From positions 29,471 through 93,470 of the IMG/VR virus record IMGVR_UViG_3300046681_000151: a DNA stretch of 64,000 nucleotides; one strand, 5' to 3'. How positions within the stretch are numbered: position 1 is the first letter of the stretch; the number at the start of each line of letters is the position of its first letter. Below are positions 9,813 through 19,041 of the stretch, one piece after another. The translations under genes and the position numbers were made by a program. This stretch comes from a virus (taxonomy: Duplodnaviria; Caudoviricetes). Under the pieces are notes generated by a model that saw nothing but the letters and a program-made list of their open reading frames with translations, did not search any database and had not been told where the DNA came from.

Positions 9813-10076
9813 ATGGCCGTAGATCCCGATGCGCAGATCGACCACGACGGGCCGGTGACCCCGTACCGGCAGCTCGCCGAGATCCTGAAGGCGCGGATCG
9901 CGCGCGGCGACTGGGGTCCGGGGCGTCCGATCGCCTCGGAGACGCGGCTGGTGCAGGAGTACGGGATCGCCCGGAGTACGGTGCGGCGCGCCCTTGACGT
10001 GCTCGTCGAGGAGCAGGCCGTGTGGAAGGTGCAGGGGCGCGGGACGTATGTGGGGCCGCCGCCCGCCGAGGGGTGA
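9813..10076 (+). CDS. GntR-family winged-helix regulator (DNA-binding domain only)
   Basis: PYRQLAEILKARI...SETRLVQEYGIARSTVRRALDVL...QGRGTYV. Confidence 0.9.
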   Translation: MAVDPDAQIDHDGPVTPYRQLAEILKARIARGDWGPGRPIASETRLVQEYGIARSTVRRALDVLVEEQAVWKVQGRGTYVGPPPAEG

Positions 10077-10142
10077 CATGCCGAAGCCCCGCGCGATGGC
10101 GGGGCTGGGCCGATTCGCGTGGCCCCGAGAGGCCCTGGCTAT

Positions 10143-10319
10143 CTATTCGTCGTCAGTGAGTTCACCAGTTTCCGAGTCGCGGGGACAGTCGCAACCGCAG
10201 GGACCGTGCTGGCTGGCGCAGTGGCAGTGACAGCCGGACTCCCCACAGGGCTCGGGCTTATCTTCGTAGCGGTCCTCCTCGTTGCCGTCGGGGGCGTCGA
10301 GGCTCTGGATGTCGGTCAT
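10143..10319 (-). CDS. Small acidic Cys/His-rich protein (58 aa; not in the ORF track)
   Basis: GGAG RBS; MTDIQSL...PCGESGCHCHCASQHGPCGCDCPRD. Confidence 0.55.
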   Translation of the reverse strand: MTDIQSLDAPDGNEEDRYEDKPEPCGESGCHCHCASQHGPCGCDCPRDSETGELTDDE

Positions 10320-10426
10320 ATCTGTTCTCCGTCATTGAGGGCGGCGGGCGGCTGCATCACGTAGCGCCTTCGAAGTCGGCGAGGCCTCGAAGCACGTCCA
10401 CCTGGCGGGGCTCGGCAAGGTGCGGC

Positions 10427-11029
10427 TCAGGCGAGGGTGAGGCCTCCCTCCGAAAGGACGTGTCCGTAGAAGCGGACATCGAAGTAGTCGGTGAGCAGGT
10501 CGGACCCGTTGTGGTTGTAGGCGTCCATGATCTGGCGCAGCTCGGCGGCGACCGCCTTGAGTGCGGGGCTGCCGAACTTGCCCCGCTCGCGGCCATTGTC
10601 GCGCTCGACCCACCAGTTGTCGGGGATGTTCTTGATAGTGATGTCGAGGGCGCACCCTCCGGAGAAGCGGCTGACGCGGACGCCGAACTTGATCTGTGCG
10701 GGGGCATTGCCGAGGGCGTCGACGATGGCGAGCGAGCCGGGCTCGGCGGTCTGCTGCGCGACCTTCCGGGCGAGCTTGATGTCCGCACGGACGAGCTTCG
10801 CAATGTCGGCGATATCCATGCGCCCGCTGTGGTCGTACTTGGCGCCGTAGGAGCGTCGGTCGATGTAACCGCCCTCCCTGACCTGCACGCCTTCGCTGCC
10901 AGCCTTGGCGACAACGCGCTGGAGCATGCGACGAGCGGCGTCACGCTCGGCCTCCCCGGTGCGCGGGTGGTTGATGAGCGCATTCAGGAGCTTGATCTTC
11001 TTCTGAGCCTTCGCCGCCACTGCGTTCAT
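10427..11029 (-). CDS. LPD29-like (large polyvalent protein domain) protein with N-terminal DUF2786-like helix
   Basis: KFGVRVSRFSGG...YNHNGSDLLTDYFDVRFYG resembles LPD29; HPRTGEAERDAARRM N-terminus. Confidence 0.65.
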   Translation of the reverse strand: MNAVAAKAQKKIKLLNALINHPRTGEAERDAARRMLQRVVAKAGSEGVQVREGGYIDRRSYGAKYDHSGRMDIADIAKLVRADIKLARKVAQQTAEPGSLAIVDALGNAPAQIKFGVRVSRFSGGCALDITIKNIPDNWWVERDNGRERGKFGSPALKAVAAELRQIMDAYNHNGSDLLTDYFDVRFYGHVLSEGGLTLA

Positions 11030-11053
11030 TTCTTTCTCCCCTGCTCACCGCTT

Positions 11054-11134
11054 GTTTCTGTACCTACAGAATGCGCCCACGATGGACCCTTGTCAAGCCG
11101 TCCAGGCAGATGGATGCTAGTTTCTGTACCTACA
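11054..11134. promoter_or_regulatory. Divergent promoters with 15-bp direct repeats GTTTCTGTACCTACA
   Basis: Repeats at 11054-11068 and 11120-11134; minus-strand TTGACA-17-CATTCT at 11096..11068. Confidence 0.75.
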
Positions 11135-11144
11135 CATAGAGGGG

Positions 11145-11339
11145 GTGGCCGAAGTGGCCCGACCGGCAACAGGCGAGACGCCGAAGCACAACATCCGCGT
11201 GCCCGATCCACTCTGGGAGGCGGTCACGGCGAAAGCGAAGAACGAGGGGCGCACCATCACCGACGTCATCGTCGCCGCGCTCCATCGGTACGCGGCAACG
11301 CCCGCCAAGCAAGCCGAGCCGCCCGAACAGACGCTCTGA
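11145..11339 (+). CDS. Ribbon-helix-helix (CopG/Arc-like) repressor
   Basis: TPKHNIRVPDPLWEAV...EGRTITDVIVAALHRY. Confidence 0.8.
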   Translation: MAEVARPATGETPKHNIRVPDPLWEAVTAKAKNEGRTITDVIVAALHRYAATPAKQAEPPEQTL

Positions 11340-11364
11340 CAGTGGTCCTCGGTAAGATCAGACC

Positions 11365-11543
11365 ATGCCCCCACCCCGGGCTCCCTACGCCCTGCCGCTG
11401 TGGTGAATGAGGAGATCCGTGCCCTCGTCGCGCGGGCGGGCGGCTGGCTGTACGGGGAGACGCGGCAGCGGTATGAAGTGCTGCGGGATGAGTGGACGGT
11501 GGCTGTCGCGGCGGAACGGGACGGGCTGGTTGAGGCGGCGTGA
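11365..11543 (+). pseudogene. Small prophage gene with an apparent 1-nt frameshift near the start (or GTG start at 11403)
   Basis: TAAGAT -10 then ATG at 11365, out of frame with VNEEIRALVAR...VEAA; C-runs follow the ATG. Confidence 0.4.
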
Positions 11544-11609
11544 CGTAGGACGCGCGAACAGATCCGGCTACTGATGAAGGCTGCGCGCGAGGAGTCGTAG
11601 GATCCACCG

Positions 11610-11807
11610 GTGACCATCGACTTCCCTCCGCACCTGCTCGACCTGGAGCGCGCCGCCTGGGCCGAGATCCAGCGCGGCGCCCTCACCGTGGCGACGGCGC
11701 AGGCCGTACACGAGGCCGTCAGTGAGTACGCGGCCGAGGCCGGGCTGCGGCGGATCGACGTCGAGCTTGGGCTGAAGCGGCAGGTGCGGGGCGAGGCGGC
11801 GGACTGA
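11610..11807 (+). CDS. Small hypothetical protein
   Basis: 65 aa; TAGGAT -10 box 6 nt before GTG (leaderless). Confidence 0.6.
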   Translation: MTIDFPPHLLDLERAAWAEIQRGALTVATAQAVHEAVSEYAAEAGLRRIDVELGLKRQVRGEAAD

Positions 11808-11810
11808 CGG

Positions 11811-12959
11811 CTACTCGTCGGCGCCTTCCAACCCGCTCCACACTCGGTCGATCTCGAACGACGGGCACTCGCAGGGAAGGCCGTAAGAGTCGCGGCCCGA
11901 GCAAGGACCCTCCGCATGACGCCCCTCGGCGTGCATGCAGGTGCATATGAGGCCCGGCTTCAGACGGTCATCCTGCCCCGGCCGGAGCGTCACGGCCGCC
12001 CCTGGTTGATGCGCTCGATGTCCTCGCCGGACAGGTGGCGGCGCGCCTTCGGCGACACCCAGCCCGGCGACAGGACTGCGGGGACCTCGTCGGGGCGCGG
12101 GCGGCCGGCGGTCATCCCGCCGCCACGGCGCAGCGGAAGGGTGCGAGGGTAGGCCTGCCCCCACCACAGCACGTCGAAGCCCGCACGCAGGCCGTCGGTA
12201 AAGTCGCGGCAGTAGCGGCCAAGCAGGCGGACGATCACGGGGTCCTCCAAGTCGAACGCCCCGCACCCGAAGATCGGGGCGGGGCTCAACTCACGCAGCC
12301 AGCATGGGTTGGTTGATGCTGACCATGCTACGGGGCGCCACTGACAACGCGGGGGCGCGACGACTGGGCGCCAAGCATGTCCTGCCAGTGCCGAGCGAGA
12401 TCCCGTGCAGTCCACCCCGCCTTGGCCACCGCCGCCAGCCCCTCAGCGAACTGCGCTCCTCCGAACGGCGGGGCAGTGGAGGCCGACCGTGCATGACGGT
12501 CGAGCTGCCGCCGCGCGCGGTCGGCGCTCGGATACGGGCGGTGGGTCACAGCTGCCCCCGGTAGAGGATGTCCAGCTCGTCGTCGAGTTCGGTGAGTTCC
12601 GGATGGTCCCCGAACAGCAGCACGTCCTGAATCCCGTGCACCGCCTCCACAATCTGCTGCTGCAAGGCGAGCAGGCCCTTGAGTTGTTCGGTCATCTCTG
12701 CGGCGCGCTGGCTGAACTCGGGACGCTCCATGGCGTCAGGATGGCAGACCGTCAGTCCTCGTCCGGCCAGGTCGCCAGCACGTCACCCGCTCCCTCGTCG
12801 AGCGGCACGATTCGAGCGCCTTGCGGCCTTGATGGCTCGGCTCCGTTCCTCCTCGCGCTCAAGGGTGCCCTCGACCTCGCGCAGACGCCGTCTGATGTAC
12901 TCCGGGGTTTCTTTGAGCACCGCCTTGAACATCGCAACGAGCTGCTGCATAAGGGTCAT
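11811..12959 (-). CDS. Cluster of very small hypothetical genes (including 12328-12549, 12546-12731, 12783-12959)
   Basis: Short coupled ORFs; boundaries of the distal ones are uncertain. Confidence 0.45.
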
Positions 12960-13046
12960 ACCCCCAGGATGCCAGCCGGCCCGACCGGGAACTCGGGCTC
13001 AGCGAGTACTAGGCGGCGGCCTCGCCCCGGCAGCGATGATGGGCGC

Positions 13047-13226
13047 ATGACGATCGCCATGAAGAGTTTCGCCCTCACCTGGACCGACACTGACGGCACC
13101 CACCGCGCGTCCGCCGTCGCCTACGACGAGCGCAGCGCCGAGCAGCGGCGAGATGAACTGGTGGCGGCGAAGGCGACGGACGTTGAAATCGTGCCGGTCA
13201 AGCCCGGGGAGCTGCCCGAGGAGTAA
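13047..13226 (+). CDS. Small hypothetical protein
   Basis: MTIAMKSFALTWTDTDG..., 59 aa. Confidence 0.55.
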   Translation: MTIAMKSFALTWTDTDGTHRASAVAYDERSAEQRRDELVAAKATDVEIVPVKPGELPEE

Positions 13227-13379
13227 GACGCGAGAGCGCCCGACCGTCTGATACTCGGCCGGGCGCTCGGCCGAGTATGACAGAACGCGGCCGGGAAAAC
13301 TCACGGGCGGTGGGGGAAGTCGAGCGACCGCCTCGACGGGGGGCGAGGCGGTCGTGGAGCCAGTGTGGCACGGGGCAGC

Positions 13380-14354
13380 TCAGCGCTGGGTGTTACCGGG
13401 CGCGAGCAGGCTCGTGAGTTCAGCGATGGCCTCGGGTGACGGCTTGAAGTACTTGCGGACGTTCTCCGGCTTCTTGTGCCGTGACTTCGCCATCAGCATC
13501 AGCAGCGAGGCGCCCTGTTCGCCCAGATGCGTCAGGGCGGAGTGCCGGTATTCGTGCAGGTCCCATCCTGTCCCAGGTCCGGCCGTCGCAGTGGCCTCGT
13601 CGAGCAGGGCTCGCGCCTGGCCGTAGGAGACGCGGGCGAGCCCCGTGTCTGGGCAGGCGTCGCGCGGGCTGACGACCTTGCCGGGGCCGGGCTTGCGGTG
13701 CGTGGTGAACACGGGCCCCTGGTCGCGGCCCTTGAGTAGGCGCGGCAGGAGGCGCGCGGTACCGGCGTCCCAGTAGACGGGTTCGAGGACGAAGTCCTTG
13801 CGCTCCTCGCCGCGGCGGCGCGTCTTCGACTTGGCGCCCTTCGCCTTCACCTGGCAGCGCCGCCCGGCGAGGTCGAGGTCCTCGATGTTGAGCGTGAGGA
13901 GTTCCTCGGCGCGGGCTGCGGTCTCGTACAGCATCCGCCACAGCGTCTTCTCGCGGAGGTGGATGTCGCGGCGGCCGAGGAGCCGGTCGATCTCCGGCTT
14001 TGAGTGGGCCGGGGTGTCGCTGTCGGGTGGGGCGAGGCGCTTGGCCCAGATGGGAACGGATGGCCCGTCGTACCCGCGCTCCCGGCACCAGGCGAGCCAC
14101 GACTGAACGGCGGCACGGCGCGTGTTCCAGGTGTTGACGGCACCGCTCCCCCACAACTGCTCCAGGGCTTCGCCGATCTCGTCGTCGGCGACGGATCCGA
14201 GAGGGCGCGTCTCGCCGATGCGCTCGACGGTCTTGTCGACGCCGATGCCGTAGTTGCGGACCGTGTTGGGGTTGCCGAGCGAGTCGAGGAAGCGGTCCGC
14301 GGCGGTGCGGACGGTGAGTGCTTTTCCGGTGGGGAGCTGTACGACGGCGCCCAC
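13380..14354 (-). CDS. Second tyrosine recombinase (XerC/D-like resolvase)
   Basis: AGGAGG RBS, GTG at 14354; TAARAEELL (R), KAKG, LHEYRH, SRH...VRKY catalytic motifs; no arm-binding domain. Confidence 0.88.
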   Translation of the reverse strand: MGAVVQLPTGKALTVRTAADRFLDSLGNPNTVRNYGIGVDKTVERIGETRPLGSVADDEIGEALEQLWGSGAVNTWNTRRAAVQSWLAWCRERGYDGPSVPIWAKRLAPPDSDTPAHSKPEIDRLLGRRDIHLREKTLWRMLYETAARAEELLTLNIEDLDLAGRRCQVKAKGAKSKTRRRGEERKDFVLEPVYWDAGTARLLPRLLKGRDQGPVFTTHRKPGPGKVVSPRDACPDTGLARVSYGQARALLDEATATAGPGTGWDLHEYRHSALTHLGEQGASLLMLMAKSRHKKPENVRKYFKPSPEAIAELTSLLAPGNTQR

Positions 14355-14365
14355 GATCCTCCTTG

Positions 14366-14458
14366 CTACAGATAACGGGGCCGCTTCGCGCATCAGCGGG
14401 GAGCCGTTCTCCCTGCTCACGTTCGGCCGTACCACGGATAATAGGGCATTATCTGTAG
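14366..14458. other. Putative recombination/resolution site for the Xer-like recombinase
   Basis: ACGGATAAT-AGGGC-ATTATCTGT inverted core (14434-14456) plus extra half-site CTACAGATAA (14366-14375). Confidence 0.6.
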
Positions 14459-14471
14459 TACCGTCACGGCC

Positions 14472-14726
14472 ATGCCCTACAACATGGATGCACTGCGCGA
14501 GGCCTCGGACCGGAGCGGGGTCCCCTTCGGCTACATCAAGCGGCTTGTTGCGGCCGAGGGGCCCGACCCTCAAGACCCTGACGGCAACAACGTCATGGCG
14601 AGGCAGCTCGCGGTGGTCTTTGATCACCACCTGGCGAAGTGTTTCGCCGATGCCAACCCGATCGACGCCCTCCGCCAATTCGGATTCACGGAGACCGCCG
14701 ACGCGCTTGCCGAGTGGGTGGCCTGA
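14472..14726 (+). CDS. Hypothetical protein
   Basis: 84-aa ORF divergent from the recombinase. Confidence 0.55.
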   Translation: MPYNMDALREASDRSGVPFGYIKRLVAAEGPDPQDPDGNNVMARQLAVVFDHHLAKCFADANPIDALRQFGFTETADALAEWVA

Positions 14727-14929
14727 CCCCGCGCACAGCGAAACGCCCCCGCCCTCCACGCCGCCAGATGGCAGCGAGAAGAACGGGGGCGCAGTCGTGT
14801 CGGTCAGAGGCAGACGGACAGGCTGACGAGCAGGTTGAGTACGAGCTGCAGCATCAGATCACCTCCCCACCACGCGAGGGGGCGGACAGGACAACCGGCC
14901 TGTTGGGGCGGCCGGTGGCTTAGGGCCCG

Positions 14930-15142
14930 TCAGTCGTCCTCCTCGAAGGGCGGCAGGTCGGGCGCCAGGAACGGGCTGATGCTCGGCGCGGGGATCGGCT
15001 GCGGGTCGAGGCGGCCCGCACGCTCCAGCGACCTGGCATCGGCCGCCGTGTCGTCGCGGCGGGGAGTCCGCGGGGCCGGTTCAGCGGTGGGCACCGCGGC
15101 GGCGGACCGCCCGATGACGGCCGCGGGTACTGCTCGGGGCAT
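14930..15142 (-). CDS. Small hypothetical protein at the end of the lysis cassette
   Basis: AGGAGG RBS; overlaps the collagen-like gene. Confidence 0.45.
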   Translation of the reverse strand: MPRAVPAAVIGRSAAAVPTAEPAPRTPRRDDTAADARSLERAGRLDPQPIPAPSISPFLAPDLPPFEEDD

Positions 15143-15836
15143 CGATCCTCCTGCGGGCGAGCGCGGCACTGAGCACCAGCACCGCGGACTCCGGGTTTGA
15201 CGGGCTGGGTGTGGGGCTCGTCGGCGCGGGCGTGCACGTGTAGTGGGTGGAGCCGTCCGAGTCGGGTGTGCAGTTGTAGGTGACGCCCGCCCCGTCCGTG
15301 TACGTCCAGCCGGACGGTGCCGGCCCGGTCGCGCCCGTGTCCCCGGTGTCGCCCTTCGGGCCCTGGTCGCCTTGAGCGCCCTGAGGTCCGACGGGCCCAG
15401 CCGCCCCTGCCTCGCCTTGAGGTCCGGCGGGGCCTGCGCTTCCTGCGGTTCCCGGCTGCCCGGATACGCCGGGCGCCGGCGTAATCGTCGGCGCCGGCTT
15501 CCCGGCTGCCCCGGTGTCGCCTTTCGGGCCGGGCGGTCCAGGGATCGGTACCGGCACCTCGACCCGGTCCGGCAGGTTTTTCACGGCCTTCGTCGGGTCC
15601 GGCGCGACCGGTGTTTCACCCCCGGCCTTCACCTGCTGGCGCAGTGCCCGCACATCCCCGGCCAGAGTCGACACGGCCTGGCCGCGCAGGTTCGCCTCGT
15701 TGGAGAGCTGGTCGTTGATGCGGCTGCGGTCCACCAGCAGCCACGACACCGCTATCGCCCCGCCCAGGAATAGCAGGATCGCCACGATCCACAGCGTGTG
15801 GCGGCTGCGGTACAGGGCCAGTTCGGTGTTCGTCAT
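15081..15836 (-). CDS. Membrane-anchored collagen-like protein (lysis accessory)
   Basis: N-terminal TM, coiled coil and long Gly-X-Y runs (GPPGPKGDTG...). Confidence 0.8.
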   Translation of the reverse strand: MTNTELALYRSRHTLWIVAILLFLGGAIAVSWLLVDRSRINDQLSNEANLRGQAVSTLAGDVRALRQQVKAGGETPVAPDPTKAVKNLPDRVEVPVPIPGPPGPKGDTGAAGKPAPTITPAPGVSGQPGTAGSAGPAGPQGEAGAAGPVGPQGAQGDQGPKGDTGDTGATGPAPSGWTYTDGAGVTYNCTPDSDGSTHYTCTPAPTSPTPSPSNPESAVLVLSAALARRRIDAPSSTRGRHRAVRRRGAHR

Positions 15837-16099
15837 GGCGTCCCCCCGAGCTGGGTCACCAGCAGCCGGAGTCTGGCGACCTCCAGCTCCAGCACCTCGA
15901 CGCGCTGCTCCGCTTTCCCTTGGTCCGTCTCCGCTTTGTCTCGTTCGGCGACGAGCCGCTGAGTGAGGCTGTCGTATCCCGTCACCGCGCTGGCCTCCCT
16001 GGCCGCCCTGTTCGCGCCGCGGTTGCCGTACATGGCGGCCGTCGCGGCCACGGGTCCGGCGACGAGTGCGCCAATCGCCGTCACCATGGCCGCGTCCAC
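15833..16099 (-). CDS. Small TM + coiled-coil lysis-cassette protein
   Basis: N-terminal hydrophobic helix followed by heptads. Confidence 0.7.
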   Translation of the reverse strand: MDAAMVTAIGALVAGPVAATAAMYGNRGANRAAREASAVTGYDSLTQRLVAERDKAETDQGKAEQRVEVLELEVARLRLLVTQLGGTP

Positions 16100-16136
16100 T
16101 CCACCACCACCTCCCCGACGCGATCATCGGGCAGGG

Positions 16137-16445
16137 TCAGGCTGCCTTGGTGAACTGGTCCTGTGCCCAGCCGCTCACACCGACGGGCTTCAGCAGGCCG
16201 AAGTGCATGAGGACACCGGTGGCGAAGCTGACGGCCGCGAGGATGGCGGCGGTCTGCACGCTGTAGCCGGAGTCGTGCGGGCCCGCCAGTTCGAGGAGGA
16301 ACCCGTTCAGTGTGGACAGCGCGAGCAGGAGGACGGCCTTGAGTCCGGCGGAGGTGACTCTCTTGGTGACGAGGCCGACGAGGACGGGCAGGCCGGTAGA
16401 GATGAGGAGGCCGAGCCAGTAAACGGCCGGGAGGTTGGCGGTCAT
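16137..16445 (-). CDS. Holin
   Basis: Three TM helices; GLPVLVGLVTKRVTSAGLKAVLLLALS; position in lysis cassette. Confidence 0.75.
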   Translation of the reverse strand: MTANLPAVYWLGLLISTGLPVLVGLVTKRVTSAGLKAVLLLALSTLNGFLLELAGPHDSGYSVQTAAILAAVSFATGVLMHFGLLKPVGVSGWAQDQFTKAA

Positions 16446-17005
16446 GGGGATCTCACTTCCTGTTCGGCGAGCCAGCGCCGGACGGTCTGGTTGTGTCTCG
16501 CGTCGGCGAGGGCGTTGTGCTCGGCGCCGTCCTGCTTGGGCAGGACGTCCCACGGGATCCCGAGGCGGCGAGCCTCCTGCTGGATGTCGTTGGTGAACAT
16601 CGGAACGCTGGGCGGGAGCGCGATCATCGGGCCCCACAACTGGGCGAGCGCGACGTGGTCGTAGGCGCCGTAGTTCGCCCACAGCTCCAGGCCGGGGATG
16701 GTCTGGAGGAAGTCGCGGACTTCATTGGCGATGACCCACTTCGGCTTCACGCGCGTGTCCGTCATGTCGAGCGCGCCATCACTCTGCTGGAGTGCGTTGA
16801 TCTGCGGTGGTGGCTTGTAGCCCCGAAGCGGCAAGTGTGGCCACACGTTGGCCTTTAGCCATTGGTGGTTCAGGATCCGCTCGACCGGCATGTCGGAGCT
16901 GACGGCGTAGTACTCGCGGCCGTCATCGCACACCATGCCGATGGAGATCAGCTCGATGGTGTGGCCGTCCTCCAGGAACTCCAGGTCGTAGTCGATGGCG
17001 GTCAC
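16442..17005 (-). CDS. DEDDh 3'-5' exoribonuclease (RNase AS / Rv2179c-like)
   Basis: YDLEFLEDG, ELISIGMV, YGAYDHVAL, HNALADARH motifs. Confidence 0.88.
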   Translation of the reverse strand: MTAIDYDLEFLEDGHTIELISIGMVCDDGREYYAVSSDMPVERILNHQWLKANVWPHLPLRGYKPPPQINALQQSDGALDMTDTRVKPKWVIANEVRDFLQTIPGLELWANYGAYDHVALAQLWGPMIALPPSVPMFTNDIQQEARRLGIPWDVLPKQDGAEHNALADARHNQTVRRWLAEQEVRSP

Positions 17006-17826
17006 GCGACCACCTGGAAGCCGTGCTTCGCGCCGAGCTTCGACAAGCTGTCCTTGCCAGGGATGCCGTCGGCCGAGCTGCCGCTGTAGGAGCCGCCCGC
17101 CTTGGAGCGCTGCCACGCCTTGTAGGCGGCGACGGTGAGGCTGCCGAACGAGCCGTCGACGTACTGGGCGGCCAGCAGGCCTTCGGCGTGCAGGGCCTTC
17201 TCGACGAGGAGGACTTCCGCCCGGTAGGTGGTGTGTCCCTGCGCGGCAGACGGGTCGTGCTTGGCCGCGGTGGCGACATGCGCGACGCTGACCTTCGGCT
17301 TGGCGGCAGGCGTCGGGGTGGGCGTGACGCCGAGGATCGCCTTGGCGCGCGCGATGATCGCCCCACGCTGCGCCTTGATGGCGTCGCCGGGGCATCCGGT
17401 GTGGCCGCCCCACGCTGCGCCGCCCATGCCGTGCCAGCCGAGGCCCTTGCCGTTCGGGTCGTCCGTCGACTGAAGCGGAACCGCGTACTTGGTGTGCAGC
17501 CACGCAAGGAGCTGCGCGGCGTTCTCCACCTGGGAGGCGGTAAGGGCAGCCGGAACGAACCCTTCGTTCTCGATCGACACCCAGTGACTGTTGCCGTCAG
17601 CCTCTGCCCACGCGCGGTCCTTGGTGTCGACGAGCTGGCGCAGGCCGCCGCTCTTCGGGTTGAGGAAGTGGCTGGACGCCTGCGACTTGGGGTTCTTGAA
17701 CCAGGCCTCCGATCCGGCTTCGGTGCCCTGCTGGATGTGGAGGAGGAGGCCGCGGACCTCAACCATGCCGTCGACGCGCTTGTTCGGGGTGGGGCCAATG
17801 AAGGTGGCCCCGGGCATGAGTGCCAT
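17002..17826 (-). CDS. Endolysin: N-acetylmuramoyl-L-alanine amidase + peptidoglycan-binding domain
   Basis: LLHIQ...SSHF...AWAE...SIENEG...WH...GHTGCPG (Amidase_2); VDGSFGSLTVAAYKAWQ...ADGIPG. Confidence 0.9.
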   Translation of the reverse strand: MALMPGATFIGPTPNKRVDGMVEVRGLLLHIQQGTEAGSEAWFKNPKSQASSHFLNPKSGGLRQLVDTKDRAWAEADGNSHWVSIENEGFVPAALTASQVENAAQLLAWLHTKYAVPLQSTDDPNGKGLGWHGMGGAAWGGHTGCPGDAIKAQRGAIIARAKAILGVTPTPTPAAKPKVSVAHVATAAKHDPSAAQGHTTYRAEVLLVEKALHAEGLLAAQYVDGSFGSLTVAAYKAWQRSKAGGSYSGSSADGIPGKDSLSKLGAKHGFQVVA

Positions 17827-17828
17827 GG

Positions 17829-18767
17829 TCAGGCTCCATTCGCGTTGCTGCTGGGCGCCCACGGCCGCATCAGATCCGCCAACCCCTGGGCAGCAACAGC
17901 CGCCTCAGCCAGTCGAGGATCCGGAGCAGGAGTGGGCGTCGGAGGAGGGGTCGGCACCGGGATCGGCGGCATGACCACCGGGAACGGCTTGGTAGTGATC
18001 TCCGTCCAGGCCGCCTCGAACGCCGCCAGGTCGATGCCCGCCAGGAAGTTGGGGTGCTTGAGGTGCTCAGGGAAGATGACCGCCCAGGCCTCTTCGACCT
18101 TGTGGCTCCAGTAGGAGTCCGTGAACGAGGTCTCCTCGGCCCAGGTGATGAATCGTTCATCCCCACCCAGCGGGCCCGTACCGGGGTTGCCGTAGCCGCC
18201 GGTGATGACGGAGTGGCCGCCCGCATCCGGGCTGGAGCGGTGGTAGTTCCACGGCTTGCCCTGGTCGAACTCGGTCTCGTTGGCCTGCTGGACGTCGATG
18301 CCCGTCCACACGAAACCGAAGATGGCGATGGCCGCCTTGACCTCGTCCGGGCTGGACGGGTTGACCCTGGCGAAGGCGAGGATGTCGCCGCGCTTGGTGA
18401 GGTACTCCAGCAGGGTCTGGATGTCCATGCCGTTGTCGTGCGACGAGCCCGGCCCGTTCGTCTCCGCGGTGCCGTTCGGGTCGAAGCCCGAGTTCTGGGT
18501 CTTGTAGACCGCCCAGACCTCGTCCTGCGTCGGGTAGTACTCGGCGCCGGCGATGGCCGTGAGGAGACGACGGATGTTGGCCCAGGCGACGGCCACACAG
18601 TCCCCGGCGACGTCATTCCCGCGCATCTGCCAGCCGCCACCGAGCGTGGCCAGGTAGTCGGCCGCCGTCGGGTGCGTGGGCACGGTGCCGGTGAGGATGC
18701 GCGAGAGTGAGATGGCACGTGCACGCTTCGGCGCGCGGCGGCCGTACTGGCGGATCGATGTGCTCAA
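17829..18767 (-). CDS. Papain-like cysteine peptidase adjacent to the endolysin
   Basis: GNDVAGDCVA (Cys), GGHSVITGGY (His), ITW; Pro-rich tail; TTG start after GGAGGGG. Confidence 0.65.
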   Translation of the reverse strand: MSTSIRQYGRRAPKRARAISLSRILTGTVPTHPTAADYLATLGGGWQMRGNDVAGDCVAVAWANIRRLLTAIAGAEYYPTQDEVWAVYKTQNSGFDPNGTAETNGPGSSHDNGMDIQTLLEYLTKRGDILAFARVNPSSPDEVKAAIAIFGFVWTGIDVQQANETEFDQGKPWNYHRSSPDAGGHSVITGGYGNPGTGPLGGDERFITWAEETSFTDSYWSHKVEEAWAVIFPEHLKHPNFLAGIDLAAFEAAWTEITTKPFPVVMPPIPVPTPPPTPTPAPDPRLAEAAVAAQGLADLMRPWAPSSNANGA

Positions 18768-18834
18768 GGAGCCCCTCCAGGGCATGAAAAATGCGCCCTG
18801 GTGGGGGCGGGGCGCGGGCCGGTGATGCGGTGGG

Positions 18835-19041
18835 TCAGGTGACTTCGGGCTGCGGGTCGAGCAGGGTCGCGGTGAGAATCTCCATGTGTTGTCCGCAGAG
18901 TCCGCACTGCACGAAGCAGTTGGTGCCCGCATTGGAGTAGAACTGCGGGATGTCGAAGGTCTGCTCGTAATTTGTGCAGGCCTCGTTGTTGTCGCGGGCT
19001 GTGACCTCGTAGTACAGCCCGGGTTGGAACGTGACGCTCAT
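18835..19041 (-). CDS. Small Cys-containing tail-region protein
   Basis: MSVTFQPG...C...CGLCG; coupled to the minor tail gene. Confidence 0.65.
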   Translation of the reverse strand: MSVTFQPGLYYEVTARDNNEACTNYEQTFDIPQFYSNAGTNCFVQCGLCGQHMEILTATLLDPQPEVT

